Shown here in pieces: positions 1-8,708 of a DNA stretch of 64,000 bases (its first letter is position 1; every line of letters starts with the position of its first letter). The notes beneath the pieces are model-generated. The model did no database searches. It was not told where the DNA came from and saw only the letters and a list, made by a program, of their open reading frames with translations. A program made the translations under genes and the position numbers. The DNA comes from Vampirovibrionaceae bacterium NZW_1234 (lineage in GTDB: Bacteria > Cyanobacteriota > Vampirovibrionia > Vampirovibrionales > JAGQHJ01): contig JBGUGD010000025.1 in NCBI GenBank assembly GCA_041697335.1, positions 96,001 to 160,000 of the forward strand. The letters run 5' to 3'.

Positions 1-7
1 AAAAATC

Positions 8-214
8 AAAAAATGCTCGATAAAGTGAGTAAAACAAAGCGGAAATAGATAAACACAGAGTAAAAATGAGTAAAAACGAGCTCAAAAACAAAAAAATGCT
101 CCGTCAAAGCGAGTAAAAATACAACCGAAATAAACCCACTGAGCAAACGTGAGTAAAACTGAGTCAAAAAAATAAATTGTCGATGAGCCGGGATGAGCAA
201 AAACGAGTCAAAAT
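8..214. repeat. Degenerate A-rich tandem repeat: GAG(T/C)AAAA-type units with 10-bp phasing inside an ~83-bp higher-order duplication
   Basis: GAG-initiated units at 27, 58/68/78, 111, 141/151/161 and 185/195/205. AAAAAATGCTC occurs at 8 and 91, an 83-bp offset that is also seen for 58 to 141, 68 to 151 and 78 to 161. Confidence 0.65.
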
Positions 215-262
215 AGACAAAATAATTTAACTCATCTCCCTCAGAGAGACAGGCCCCCGAGA

Positions 263-2695
263 TTAATCAACTTTGGTAAGTCGCTGGGTAATGTCATCTA
301 GACTGAAGCCGTGCCAGCGACTGCCGCCCGAGGTGATGGGCAACTGGAGACTGCTCTTGGTGATGCTCCGGGCGTCGACGTTTAAGGTGGTGGGCATCAG
401 GTACCACTTGAAGAAGGACCACCCCATGCGGCGGAAGAACTTGTCCATCCACTCTTTCTTCACCTCGGCAGACAAGGGCTTTCCGGCTTTGGTCATTTCC
501 TTCTCGTACCAGAACTCCTCCTGCATCATCTCGTCGTAGGTCTGGCGCTTGTTCTCCAGACGCCACACGATCTCGTCCCGGAACTCATAGGGGCCGTAGT
601 CATCCTCGGCAACCACGGGCTTGCCGGTGGCGGGGTTGATAGACAACTCCGCCCCGGGTTTCTTCAGAAGCACGGCCTCCGGAATGCACTGCTTCCCTTG
701 CTTGGCCCGCTGAGCGTTCATAAACCGGGCCAGGGCAAAGAGCTTCATCTTGGTCACATCACCAATGGGTGCCAGAGCGCCGGACATATCCCCGTTGACG
801 GTGGCGTACCCGACGTACAGCTCCGACTTGTCGGAGGTGGCGATCGGGAGGGTCTTGGCCCAGGTATTGGAAATCTTCCGCAGGTAGGTGGCCCGCATAA
901 TGGCCTGGCTGTTCTGATGCGCCACATCACCCTCCACCGGGTTGCCCCAGAAGCTGGAAATCTGGTTCTGGCGCACCGGCTTGGTGAGACCTAACGCCTT
1001 GAAGATCCGGCCGAAGCGACTTGCCAGCAGTGTTTCTTTCAGGGCATCCCACCGCTTTTGCATCGGGCTGGCCAATGCCAACGATTGATCAAAGGTCGAC
1101 TCCAGTACCGACACCGCCGGGCCAATGGGCACTTCCACAAAGCGGATCCCCAGGTTCTCGGCCAGAATCCGGGCATCGGTCCGGCTTTCCTGAGAGGTGA
1201 TCTTGGACGGCATGCTGACCCCGAGAACGTTCTCCGGCCCCAGTGCATCGGCCAGCAACACGGCACAGACCGAGGAATCCAGCCCACCGGACAGGCCCAA
1301 AACGGCCCGCTTCATCCCGGTGTTGCGGAAGTAGCTCCGGATCCCGTGCACAATAGACTGATAGGTCCGATCCAGGTCGCGGGTATCGTGGGGATCAAAG
1401 AACTTCGGGACATCAAAGGTCGCCTCTTCCCCTTCGGGCAGAGCATAGATCCGGCCTTCGCCTTTGGCAGGGTTGACCACCATAAATTGTTCGCTAAAGG
1501 CCTTGGCTCGGGCCACGAGATTCCCCTGGCCATCATACACCCGGCTGGCCCCATCGAAGATGACTTCGTCCACCGCACCGGTGCGATTCACGTAGACCAT
1601 AGGACGCTGGTAGCTGCGGCTGACGGAAGACAGCATGTTGTGCTTCAGCTGTTCTTTCATGGTGCGGGTCGGCGAGGCCGAGGTATTGATCAGAACCTCT
1701 GCGCCACCACTTACCAGCTCAGCCACGGGATCCCGAGTGTAGAGCGTCCCCTTGGTGAAGAACTTGGCATCATTCCAGCCGTCTTCACAGATGGCCACAC
1801 CCCACTTGCGCCCGTGAATGTCGGCAGGACGCCCTAAAGGCTCCTGTGCCTGAAAACCCCATTTGGGGTTGTTCAACGTTTCAGCCGGGCTGATACCGGA
1901 GGCCGGCGAGGGCTCAAACATCCGATAGTCATTGAACTCCCCGTACGTTGGCAGCAGGGACTTGCGCACCACCGATTCAATTTTGCCTTCTCCGAGAATG
2001 GCAACGGCATTATACATTTCACGACCAATTATCGCTTGCCCCGGCTCAGGATGCCGGGCTTCCACAAAGCCCACGGCGACTCGGGTCTTGCCCGACTGCT
2101 TTGCCAGGGCTTCCAAGGCCACCTGATTCTGCTCGACCAGGGTTTTGTAGCGCCCAATGGCGTCATAAATGGGATACCCCATCAGCGACATTTCCGGGAA
2201 GACGATCATATCGGCCCCGATGGCCTCAGCCGCCTTCATATATTTCATGATCTTTTCGGCGTTCTCAGCAACCCGCCCGGGGATAGTGTCGATCTGGGCC
2301 ATCACGATATTGCCTTGGCCTCGGGCACCCATCAAGGTTTTCAGGCTATCGAGGATGACGGCTTTCTTTCCCGGCTGACTGGCTTCGGTCCATTGGCCCT
2401 GTAAAAACATATCCAGCGCCTCGGTCAGGTGGCTCATCGCCGTCATCTTGGTATTCTGATAGGGGCTGACCTGGCGGACCGAGTCTTGTGCCAGAAGGGC
2501 AAACTTTTCCACCGACAGGTTCGGATCCAGCAACGGATTCTCCGGAGCCGGGTTTGCAGCAAATCTCAATGTCAGGGAGTCAGCAGCCATGGGGTGTCGA
2601 ACCTGTATCGCCTGTCGTGCGGCATGCAGACGTGTGGACAAAGCCGTTTGCATCCACAACGCTACTTTAGGTTGTACACCAGACACACCACCCAT
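263..2695 (-). CDS. nadE: Glutamine-dependent NAD+ synthetase with ~125-aa N-terminal extension
   Basis: Nitrilase-type glutaminase domain (VFPEMSLMGY, RKSLLPTYGEF, AICED) followed by synthetase domain (LGLSGGLDS, ATSDKSE..VGYAT..GD). SD-like AGGAG upstream. Confidence 0.93.
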   Translation of the reverse strand: MGGVSGVQPKVALWMQTALSTRLHAARQAIQVRHPMAADSLTLRFAANPAPENPLLDPNLSVEKFALLAQDSVRQVSPYQNTKMTAMSHLTEALDMFLQGQWTEASQPGKKAVILDSLKTLMGARGQGNIVMAQIDTIPGRVAENAEKIMKYMKAAEAIGADMIVFPEMSLMGYPIYDAIGRYKTLVEQNQVALEALAKQSGKTRVAVGFVEARHPEPGQAIIGREMYNAVAILGEGKIESVVRKSLLPTYGEFNDYRMFEPSPASGISPAETLNNPKWGFQAQEPLGRPADIHGRKWGVAICEDGWNDAKFFTKGTLYTRDPVAELVSGGAEVLINTSASPTRTMKEQLKHNMLSSVSRSYQRPMVYVNRTGAVDEVIFDGASRVYDGQGNLVARAKAFSEQFMVVNPAKGEGRIYALPEGEEATFDVPKFFDPHDTRDLDRTYQSIVHGIRSYFRNTGMKRAVLGLSGGLDSSVCAVLLADALGPENVLGVSMPSKITSQESRTDARILAENLGIRFVEVPIGPAVSVLESTFDQSLALASPMQKRWDALKETLLASRFGRIFKALGLTKPVRQNQISSFWGNPVEGDVAHQNSQAIMRATYLRKISNTWAKTLPIATSDKSELYVGYATVNGDMSGALAPIGDVTKMKLFALARFMNAQRAKQGKQCIPEAVLLKKPGAELSINPATGKPVVAEDDYGPYEFRDEIVWRLENKRQTYDEMMQEEFWYEKEMTKAGKPLSAEVKKEWMDKFFRRMGWSFFKWYLMPTTLNVDARSITKSSLQLPITSGGSRWHGFSLDDITQRLTKVD

Positions 2696-2986
2696 TCCAT
2701 CACACTCCTAATTTTGTCCAAAACGAACATATATCTGACATAAAATATCAAGAAACAGTACCACAGCCCCGGATCAGCGTCAACGTAAAACCCCTTGTCT
2801 GTCAAACTAGAATGACCTTATTGCCCTATAAAACCCGTCTCACACGTAATATTAAATAAGCAAGCCTATTCACATTTGCACACGCTCTATCATGAACCGG
2901 GGATACCATGTGTTTATGCTTTTAGAGAGAGATTGTATATCTTTGATGTGTCGTATGTGAAGGAAATAATGAGAGGGGGTAACACG

Positions 2987-3565
2987 ATGTTTGGAGGAAG
3001 TGTTGAATCCGGTAATCTAGAGCGGTATCAGAACATGTTTAAACCACCGGCCTCACCTGCTGGGCCTGGCACAGCGGTTGCACCGGGAAAACCTGCCACA
3101 CCGCCTGGGCGCAACATTGTGGTCAACGGCGGTACGGTCAATATCGTCAACCCGCCGGAAAACAGCAATATCATCATTAATGGCGGCAACGTCACCATTA
3201 TCAACCCGCTGGATATCGGTGGTACAGGGCCGCGCCCAGGAACGCCTCCAGCCATTCCCGGAAACCCATCAGGAGGAAGCAATCCTATTCCTAGGATTCC
3301 AGAGGATAGAGATGGTCCTATGTCTCGATGGTATCGTAAGTACTTTCAACGTCAGTCGGAGGGGCCGTCCACTCCGAGCGCTCCATCTGGCCCGAGCACT
3401 CCACCCAGACCGGTGCCTGCTCTTCCGATGCCGGAGATCCAGTCTCGTGAGAAGCCGATTACGTTGCAACCGTATTCGTCGATGTCCACCATTAAATGCC
3501 ACCAGCCGCAGACGCAACCGAAGAATTTTGATCTGCTTGAGTCTTACGCACCCAGGCCACGATAA
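2987..3565 (+). CDS. Pro-rich hypothetical protein, paralog A (NIxxNGG repeat motif)
   Basis: ATG at 2987 follows GAGAGGGGG (the ORF track starts at 2876). Shares two conserved blocks with 3802..4377. Confidence 0.8.
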   Translation: MFGGSVESGNLERYQNMFKPPASPAGPGTAVAPGKPATPPGRNIVVNGGTVNIVNPPENSNIIINGGNVTIINPLDIGGTGPRPGTPPAIPGNPSGGSNPIPRIPEDRDGPMSRWYRKYFQRQSEGPSTPSAPSGPSTPPRPVPALPMPEIQSREKPITLQPYSSMSTIKCHQPQTQPKNFDLLESYAPRPR

Positions 3566-3578
3566 CACAAGTGTTCAT

Positions 3579-3621
3579 AAATAGAGCCGCTTCGGCTGGT
3601 AAGGTAATAGGGCTCTATTTT
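3579..3621 (+). terminator. Hairpin/terminator after paralog A
   Basis: AAATAGAGCC...GGCTCTATTT inverted repeat just after the stop codon. Confidence 0.55.
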
Positions 3622-3801
3622 AGCGAGTTTATCAGACGTGAAAATAACGCAGAACATGAAGGAGGATAGGATGATGTAACTCTAATTTCCATTTGTTTCG
3701 GCACCACAATGATCCAGGATATGCAATCCGTTAATAGGCGATGCTGAAGGCATCGGAGGATTGCCCAGTATTGATTTGCAAGAAATTAGAGGGGGAAAGT
3801 T

Positions 3802-4377
3802 ATGAGTGTTAATCCGCCAGCAGTTATGCCAGGTCCATCGAATCCAGCTCCGGCAACAGGCGCAAAGCCGCCCACAACGGCTCCGGGGGGACGCAACATT
3901 GTTGTTAACGGTGGCAACGTCAATATTGTCAATCCGCCAGAGAATTCAAACATTATTATTAATGGCGGCAACGTCACGATTTTGAACCCGCTGAATGTCG
4001 GTGCTCCGCCAGCACCGATGCAAGGATTACCCGGCGTCCCCGGAAATGTTCCCGGACCCGGATGTCCTCCCGGATTGCCGGGTGTCCCTGGAGTTCCTGG
4101 CATACCCGCACCAGGCGGAGCCGCTCCTGCAAATCCGGCCCGGCCAGCAAACCCGACACTACCCGGTGTTCCTGGAACACCGCCTAATCCGCCACGGCAA
4201 GTGCCAAAACCTGCGAATGACTTCGAGCGCCTCTTTCCAGGTAATAATACACCCCAGCGAGATTATCGGCCGAATTTGCAGTTACGATCGACATCCACGA
4301 TTCAGTGCCACTCGCCACAGAATCAAACTCGTTCGTTTGACTTGACTCCTTTTCCTAATTTTGCTCCGGCTCGATAA
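3802..4377 (+). CDS. Pro/Gly-rich hypothetical protein, paralog B
   Basis: AGAGGGGG SD. RNIVVNGGNVNIVNPPENSNIIINGGNVTILNPL block and C-terminal STIQCHSPQNQTRSFDL block shared with paralog A. Confidence 0.82.
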   Translation: MSVNPPAVMPGPSNPAPATGAKPPTTAPGGRNIVVNGGNVNIVNPPENSNIIINGGNVTILNPLNVGAPPAPMQGLPGVPGNVPGPGCPPGLPGVPGVPGIPAPGGAAPANPARPANPTLPGVPGTPPNPPRQVPKPANDFERLFPGNNTPQRDYRPNLQLRSTSTIQCHSPQNQTRSFDLTPFPNFAPAR

Positions 4378-4396
4378 CCCGCTGGAAAACACCCGG

Positions 4397-4438
4397 AACG
4401 TAGCGTTGCTTTTCATGGCGGCGCTGCGTTTTGGTTTT
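4397..4438 (+). terminator. Rho-independent terminator
   Basis: AACGTAGCGTTGC/GCGGCGCTGCGTT stem (with G-U pairs) followed by TTGGTTTT. Confidence 0.6.
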
Positions 4439-4672
4439 ATGGGCTGTTATGACGAAGCCGGTGCTTGTTGATGTAGGCTGCGAAGTTGGTTCAGCAAACG
4501 TAACTGAATGTGACAAATTGCCTGTCTCTCCAAAATACCGATGAAGACAGGAAATGCAGCGGCCTCATGAAGGGCAGGGTCATCTTTAAGAGAAGTCCTG
4601 AGTCAAGAGGATGCCGATTTTACAAAGATGCGCTATGGTTTTGTCATCTGTAGTTCCGAATCACAAGTGTCG

Positions 4673-6808
4673 ATGAGTGGAGTTTCTATGGTCGCACCCC
4701 GAAATAAAAACGCGAAGTCTGCTTCTAAAACCACATCCAGGTCTGTTAAATCCGACTCGACCAAGTCGACTGTTTCGAAATCGGTCAAATCGTCTACCAA
4801 GTCTGCGGCAAAAGCCAAGGCCGCGCCTGTAGTCAAATCGAAAAAGTCTGTTGCCCCAAAACCGGTTAAGGCCGATAAGGCCACAAAAGTCGAAAATCCT
4901 CCTCAACCGGTTGTCTTGGATCAGAGCCTGAAGAACGATCGGGGGGTGGAAATTCGAGGTCATATCAGCCTGACCTCCACCACGGTTGCCCAACTGCAGC
5001 GAGCCTTGTTGCTCCAGAATATTGCCAAGAACGGTCATCCTTCGTCACTGAAGTTTTATACCGGCCCATCATCCGCCAATCGGTATCGATTACAGGATCA
5101 GGCCGCTCTCGCCGATACGATGCTCCTGGTCAGCTCACCGGTGGATACGGTGATTAAGTCCGGTATGGGCTGCGATATGTTGAGAACCTTCTTGTCCGCG
5201 ACAGGCAAACGATACATGTTGGCAGGAGCAACCCTTCACATGGGTGTGGTTGCCATGAATGCCCCTTATGGCAAGAATAAAGCCAGCCAGGTTCGACGCC
5301 AGCTTTTTAACGATTACAAAAGCGACTTACAGACCCTGGTGATGATGAAGACCGGTGAAACGGATCGGGTGAAAGTCCATCGCGATTTGTTGAGTGCTCG
5401 CGGGTTAAATGCCATGCAGGCCTTGCGTTACGGCAAACAAGGCTTGATTGACGGCATCCTCATTGGGCACGATCAAATCATTGTGCGAGCCGATATGGAT
5501 GCCTTTTTCAAAAAGAAGAAGTGGAACGAGGAACAGGTACAGGAGTTCCTGAAGCACTATATCAATGTATATCAGCTTCCTACACGCACTTTAAGGGAGT
5601 ATGCCCCTGTGTCCGTTCCGGAAGGCAAACTGGTATTCTACAAGTCCTTGAAAAAGCCTTCAAACGACAAAAAAGATGCTTCAAAAGACGGCGAACCCAA
5701 AGAAGCAACTCCGGCAATCGCCTTGAAGGCTGATCCCAGCAAGGTCAAGAAAGTGAAAGGGAAAAAAGCCGTTGCCGAATCTGTGGCCGCCCCCGTCGTA
5801 GCCAAAGGGCCTGCTGACACACCCGCGGAAGAGAAGCCCTCGACCCCGGTATTTTATATCGGCGAGAAAAAACTTGATGAACTGCCGATGGTCACCAAAG
5901 CTTCCAAAGATAAATCACCGGCACGGATTATGGTGGATGTCGTTCCGAAAAGCGCCAATGGCATTTTAGATGATGACGTCATCTTCTTTAATGACGGGTT
6001 TCGGGATGAAACCGCCGAGCAGATTGCGGACAGTCTTTTGGCTTTGGAGCATAAAAAGCTTCAGAGCGGGAATAAAACGCATATCAAGATTATTGAGAAC
6101 AGCCCCGGCGGGAGCGTATGGTCAGGCCAGGAGCTTCGCAGCGTTATCAAATCTCTGAAAACCCCTGTGGACATTATTGTCCAAGGGATGGGTGCCAGTT
6201 GTGGTTCATGGCTGCTGTGCAGTGCGACAGGGAATCGGTATGCCACACCTCATGCCCGCATTATGTTCCATGAGGCGGCCAATGAACTGCGGGACTTGAC
6301 CCCGGCGGATCACTTCAATGAAATGCATGACGGCCTGGATCAGGCAACCTTGGACTATATCTCCATTGTGGCCGAGGCCACGGGACGTCCTTATGACGAG
6401 GTGCTCCAGGATTTCGATCATGATGTCTGGCTGAATCCTTTGGAAGCCCTTTTCTATGGTACGAAAGGCCTGATTGATGCCATTCTGGTGGGCCATAACC
6501 GCGTGATTCTGCGAGAGGATGTCGAGAAATACCTGCTGAAGCATTTCGGATCGGCGTCCAGGCTCAAGCAATACCTGATCGATAAGATTGAAGAGAAACG
6601 GGATCCCAGGCAAGCCATGGAATGGCGTCCTGAACGGCATAAAGAAGACGATCCCTTTGACAACCCATTGAAGATTATTCAGGCAGTCGCCGACACGGCC
6701 TCCAGGCCCATGGCGGAAATTCCCCGTTTCCGTTTATCTTTGCCGGATATCGATGCGCCTGAGAGAACCATTGACTTTTTCAACGTGGTTATCGACGAGA
6801 AAAAATAG
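4673..6808 (+). CDS. Tandem ClpP-fold protein (degenerate ClpR-like domain plus catalytic ClpP domain) with Lys/Ser/Ala-rich N-terminal tail
   Basis: C-terminal domain has NSPGGSV, GMGASCGS, ARIMFHE and HDVWL..EAL.YG..GLID. N-terminal domain has the parallel QALRYGKQGLID but lacks Ser/His. The start may be 4628. Confidence 0.85.
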   Translation: MSGVSMVAPRNKNAKSASKTTSRSVKSDSTKSTVSKSVKSSTKSAAKAKAAPVVKSKKSVAPKPVKADKATKVENPPQPVVLDQSLKNDRGVEIRGHISLTSTTVAQLQRALLLQNIAKNGHPSSLKFYTGPSSANRYRLQDQAALADTMLLVSSPVDTVIKSGMGCDMLRTFLSATGKRYMLAGATLHMGVVAMNAPYGKNKASQVRRQLFNDYKSDLQTLVMMKTGETDRVKVHRDLLSARGLNAMQALRYGKQGLIDGILIGHDQIIVRADMDAFFKKKKWNEEQVQEFLKHYINVYQLPTRTLREYAPVSVPEGKLVFYKSLKKPSNDKKDASKDGEPKEATPAIALKADPSKVKKVKGKKAVAESVAAPVVAKGPADTPAEEKPSTPVFYIGEKKLDELPMVTKASKDKSPARIMVDVVPKSANGILDDDVIFFNDGFRDETAEQIADSLLALEHKKLQSGNKTHIKIIENSPGGSVWSGQELRSVIKSLKTPVDIIVQGMGASCGSWLLCSATGNRYATPHARIMFHEAANELRDLTPADHFNEMHDGLDQATLDYISIVAEATGRPYDEVLQDFDHDVWLNPLEALFYGTKGLIDAILVGHNRVILREDVEKYLLKHFGSASRLKQYLIDKIEEKRDPRQAMEWRPERHKEDDPFDNPLKIIQAVADTASRPMAEIPRFRLSLPDIDAPERTIDFFNVVIDEKK

Positions 6809-6979
6809 CGTTATCTCCAGCTCAGCGTGAACCATGGCGTCGATAGGGCTCTCATGGATACGTTGTCGATCGGTGAATTAATGCATGTTAAACTTAACGT
6901 TAACGTAACTGTTAACTAGGTTCTCGTTTGCTTTTGTGTTACGTTAAACCCGTATTCCAGCCTGTGGAAACAGTTCATC

Positions 6980-7360
6980 ATGCCCATTACCCATATTGAT
7001 CCAGAAACCTTGATGAAGATGCTCGCCGAAAACCCGGAGCTTCAGATGGTGGATGTTCGAACCCCAGAGGAATTTGAGTATCTGGGCCATATTCCCCAGG
7101 CTAAATTGATACCCTTGTATGAACTGCCGTATGCATTTCGCATGCTGGACCCGGAAAAAGAAATCGCGATTACGTGCCAGCATGGGGTCAGAAGCCTAGA
7201 TGCCTGCTATTTCCTGCAGTCTCAAGGCTTCGAAAAACTCTACAATTTGCAGGAAGGCATGTCGACCTGGACGGGGGAGGTTGTCCGGGATGTGACGGGG
7301 ATGAATCGCTTAGTGAACTTGGAAAGCCCAATGGAGAACCATGAAAATGTCAGTGAATGA
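6980..7360 (+). CDS. Rhodanese-like sulfurtransferase
   Basis: VDVRTPEEF..GHIP, active-site loop CQHGVRS, NLQEGMSTW. Confidence 0.92.
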   Translation: MPITHIDPETLMKMLAENPELQMVDVRTPEEFEYLGHIPQAKLIPLYELPYAFRMLDPEKEIAITCQHGVRSLDACYFLQSQGFEKLYNLQEGMSTWTGEVVRDVTGMNRLVNLESPMENHENVSE

Positions 7361-8435
7361 TGCCGAAATTCAAAAGCAAGTGCTGGAAGCCTTGCGCAAA
7401 GTGAACGATCCTGAACTCCACCGCAGTATTGTGGAGATAGGCATGGTGAAAAACCTGGTTTCGAAAGAGGGGCATGTGTCCTTTGACATCGTGTTGACGA
7501 CCACGGCCTGTCCCCTAAAGGCTCAAATCCAGAAGGAAGCCTCCGATGCCGCTTATACGGTTGAAGGCGTTAAAAACGTGACTGCCAATATCTCGGGTGA
7601 AACCTTGGCTCCGAAAGTGCCGAAAAAACAACCGATCCCGGGTGTGAAAAACATTATTGCCGTCTCCAGCGGCAAAGGCGGTGTCGGCAAAACCACCGTT
7701 GCCGTGAACTTGGCGTGTGCCTTGCAAAAACGTGGCGCAAGCGTGGGGATACTCGATGCCGACATCTATGGCCCCAATGTTCCCCTGATGATGGGCCTGA
7801 AAAATCAGACCATTCGTGAAAAAACCGAGGACAACAAGTTAAAGCCGCCGGAAAATCACAACATCAAGGTCATGAGCATGGCCTTTCTCATCAAGGAAGA
7901 ACAACCGGTAGTCTGGCGCGGGCCTTTGTTGGATCGGGTCATCCGCCAGTTCTTCAATGATACCGGTTGGGGTGAATTGGATTATCTCATTGTGGATTTG
8001 CCTCCGGGCACCGGAGACGCCCAGTTGACCATTATTGAAGCCGTTCCTCTGGTCGGCGCCATCATCGTAACCACGCCGCAGGAAGTGGCCATTCACGACA
8101 GCAAAAAAGGCCTGGCCATGTTCAAGAATGCCAACATTCCCGTGTTGGGCGTTATTGAGAACATGAGCTATTACATCCATCCGGGCACGGATGAAAAAGT
8201 CTATTTCTTTGGCCAGGGCGGCGGGCAACAGCTGGCTCAGCTTCTGGAAGTGCCTTACCTGGGTGAAGTCCCCATGAACCCCGAAGTGCGTGAATTTGCT
8301 GATCAGGGGACGCCCATTGTTCTGGCCAAGCCCGAAAGCCATCAGGCCGAAGCCTTTAACCAGATTGCACACCAGGTTACCACAACCATCTGTGAACTGG
8401 GTGTGAATGAGATGTTGGCGGGGGCAGCCGTTTAG
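7341..8435 (+). CDS. mrp: Mrp/NBP35 (ApbC) Fe-S cluster carrier ATPase with N-terminal DUF59/FeS-assembly domain
   Basis: VNDPEL, TTTACP, SGKGGVGKTT, DADIYGP, WRGP, VDLPPGTGD, ENMS. Confidence 0.95.
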   Translation: MKMSVNDAEIQKQVLEALRKVNDPELHRSIVEIGMVKNLVSKEGHVSFDIVLTTTACPLKAQIQKEASDAAYTVEGVKNVTANISGETLAPKVPKKQPIPGVKNIIAVSSGKGGVGKTTVAVNLACALQKRGASVGILDADIYGPNVPLMMGLKNQTIREKTEDNKLKPPENHNIKVMSMAFLIKEEQPVVWRGPLLDRVIRQFFNDTGWGELDYLIVDLPPGTGDAQLTIIEAVPLVGAIIVTTPQEVAIHDSKKGLAMFKNANIPVLGVIENMSYYIHPGTDEKVYFFGQGGGQQLAQLLEVPYLGEVPMNPEVREFADQGTPIVLAKPESHQAEAFNQIAHQVTTTICELGVNEMLAGAAV

Positions 8436-8483
8436 GAAAAACCGCCGAATCAGGTAATCACGAAACGACCCAACGGGAGGACA

Positions 8484-8669
8484 ATGACCATGTTCGTTAA
8501 AATCGTAGACGGATGCATCGCCTGTGGTGTGTGTGAATCCATCAGCCCAGAGGTGTTTACGGTTTTAGACACATCCGTGGCGGACAACAGTAAGGTCCCC
8601 GGTCAGGAAGATGCTTGTCGCGAGGCAGCGGAAGCTTGTCCGGTCAGTGTCATCAAGATCGAAGAATAA
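8484..8669 (+). CDS. Small single-cluster [4Fe-4S] ferredoxin
   Basis: CIACGVC...EAAEACPV; GGGAGG SD. Confidence 0.92.
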   Translation: MTMFVKIVDGCIACGVCESISPEVFTVLDTSVADNSKVPGQEDACREAAEACPVSVIKIEE

Positions 8670-8708
8670 CCGTAGAATACACTCAGATTAGAGAGAGACC
8701 TCCATTTC

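Noticed and set aside
263..1800. 3' half of nadE looks more GC-rich than its 5' half and neighbouring genes
   Set aside because: Only spot-checked by eye; could be codon bias and cannot be shown to be a recombination patch without computation
1058..1837. 259-aa plus-strand ORF
   Set aside because: Antisense shadow of nadE
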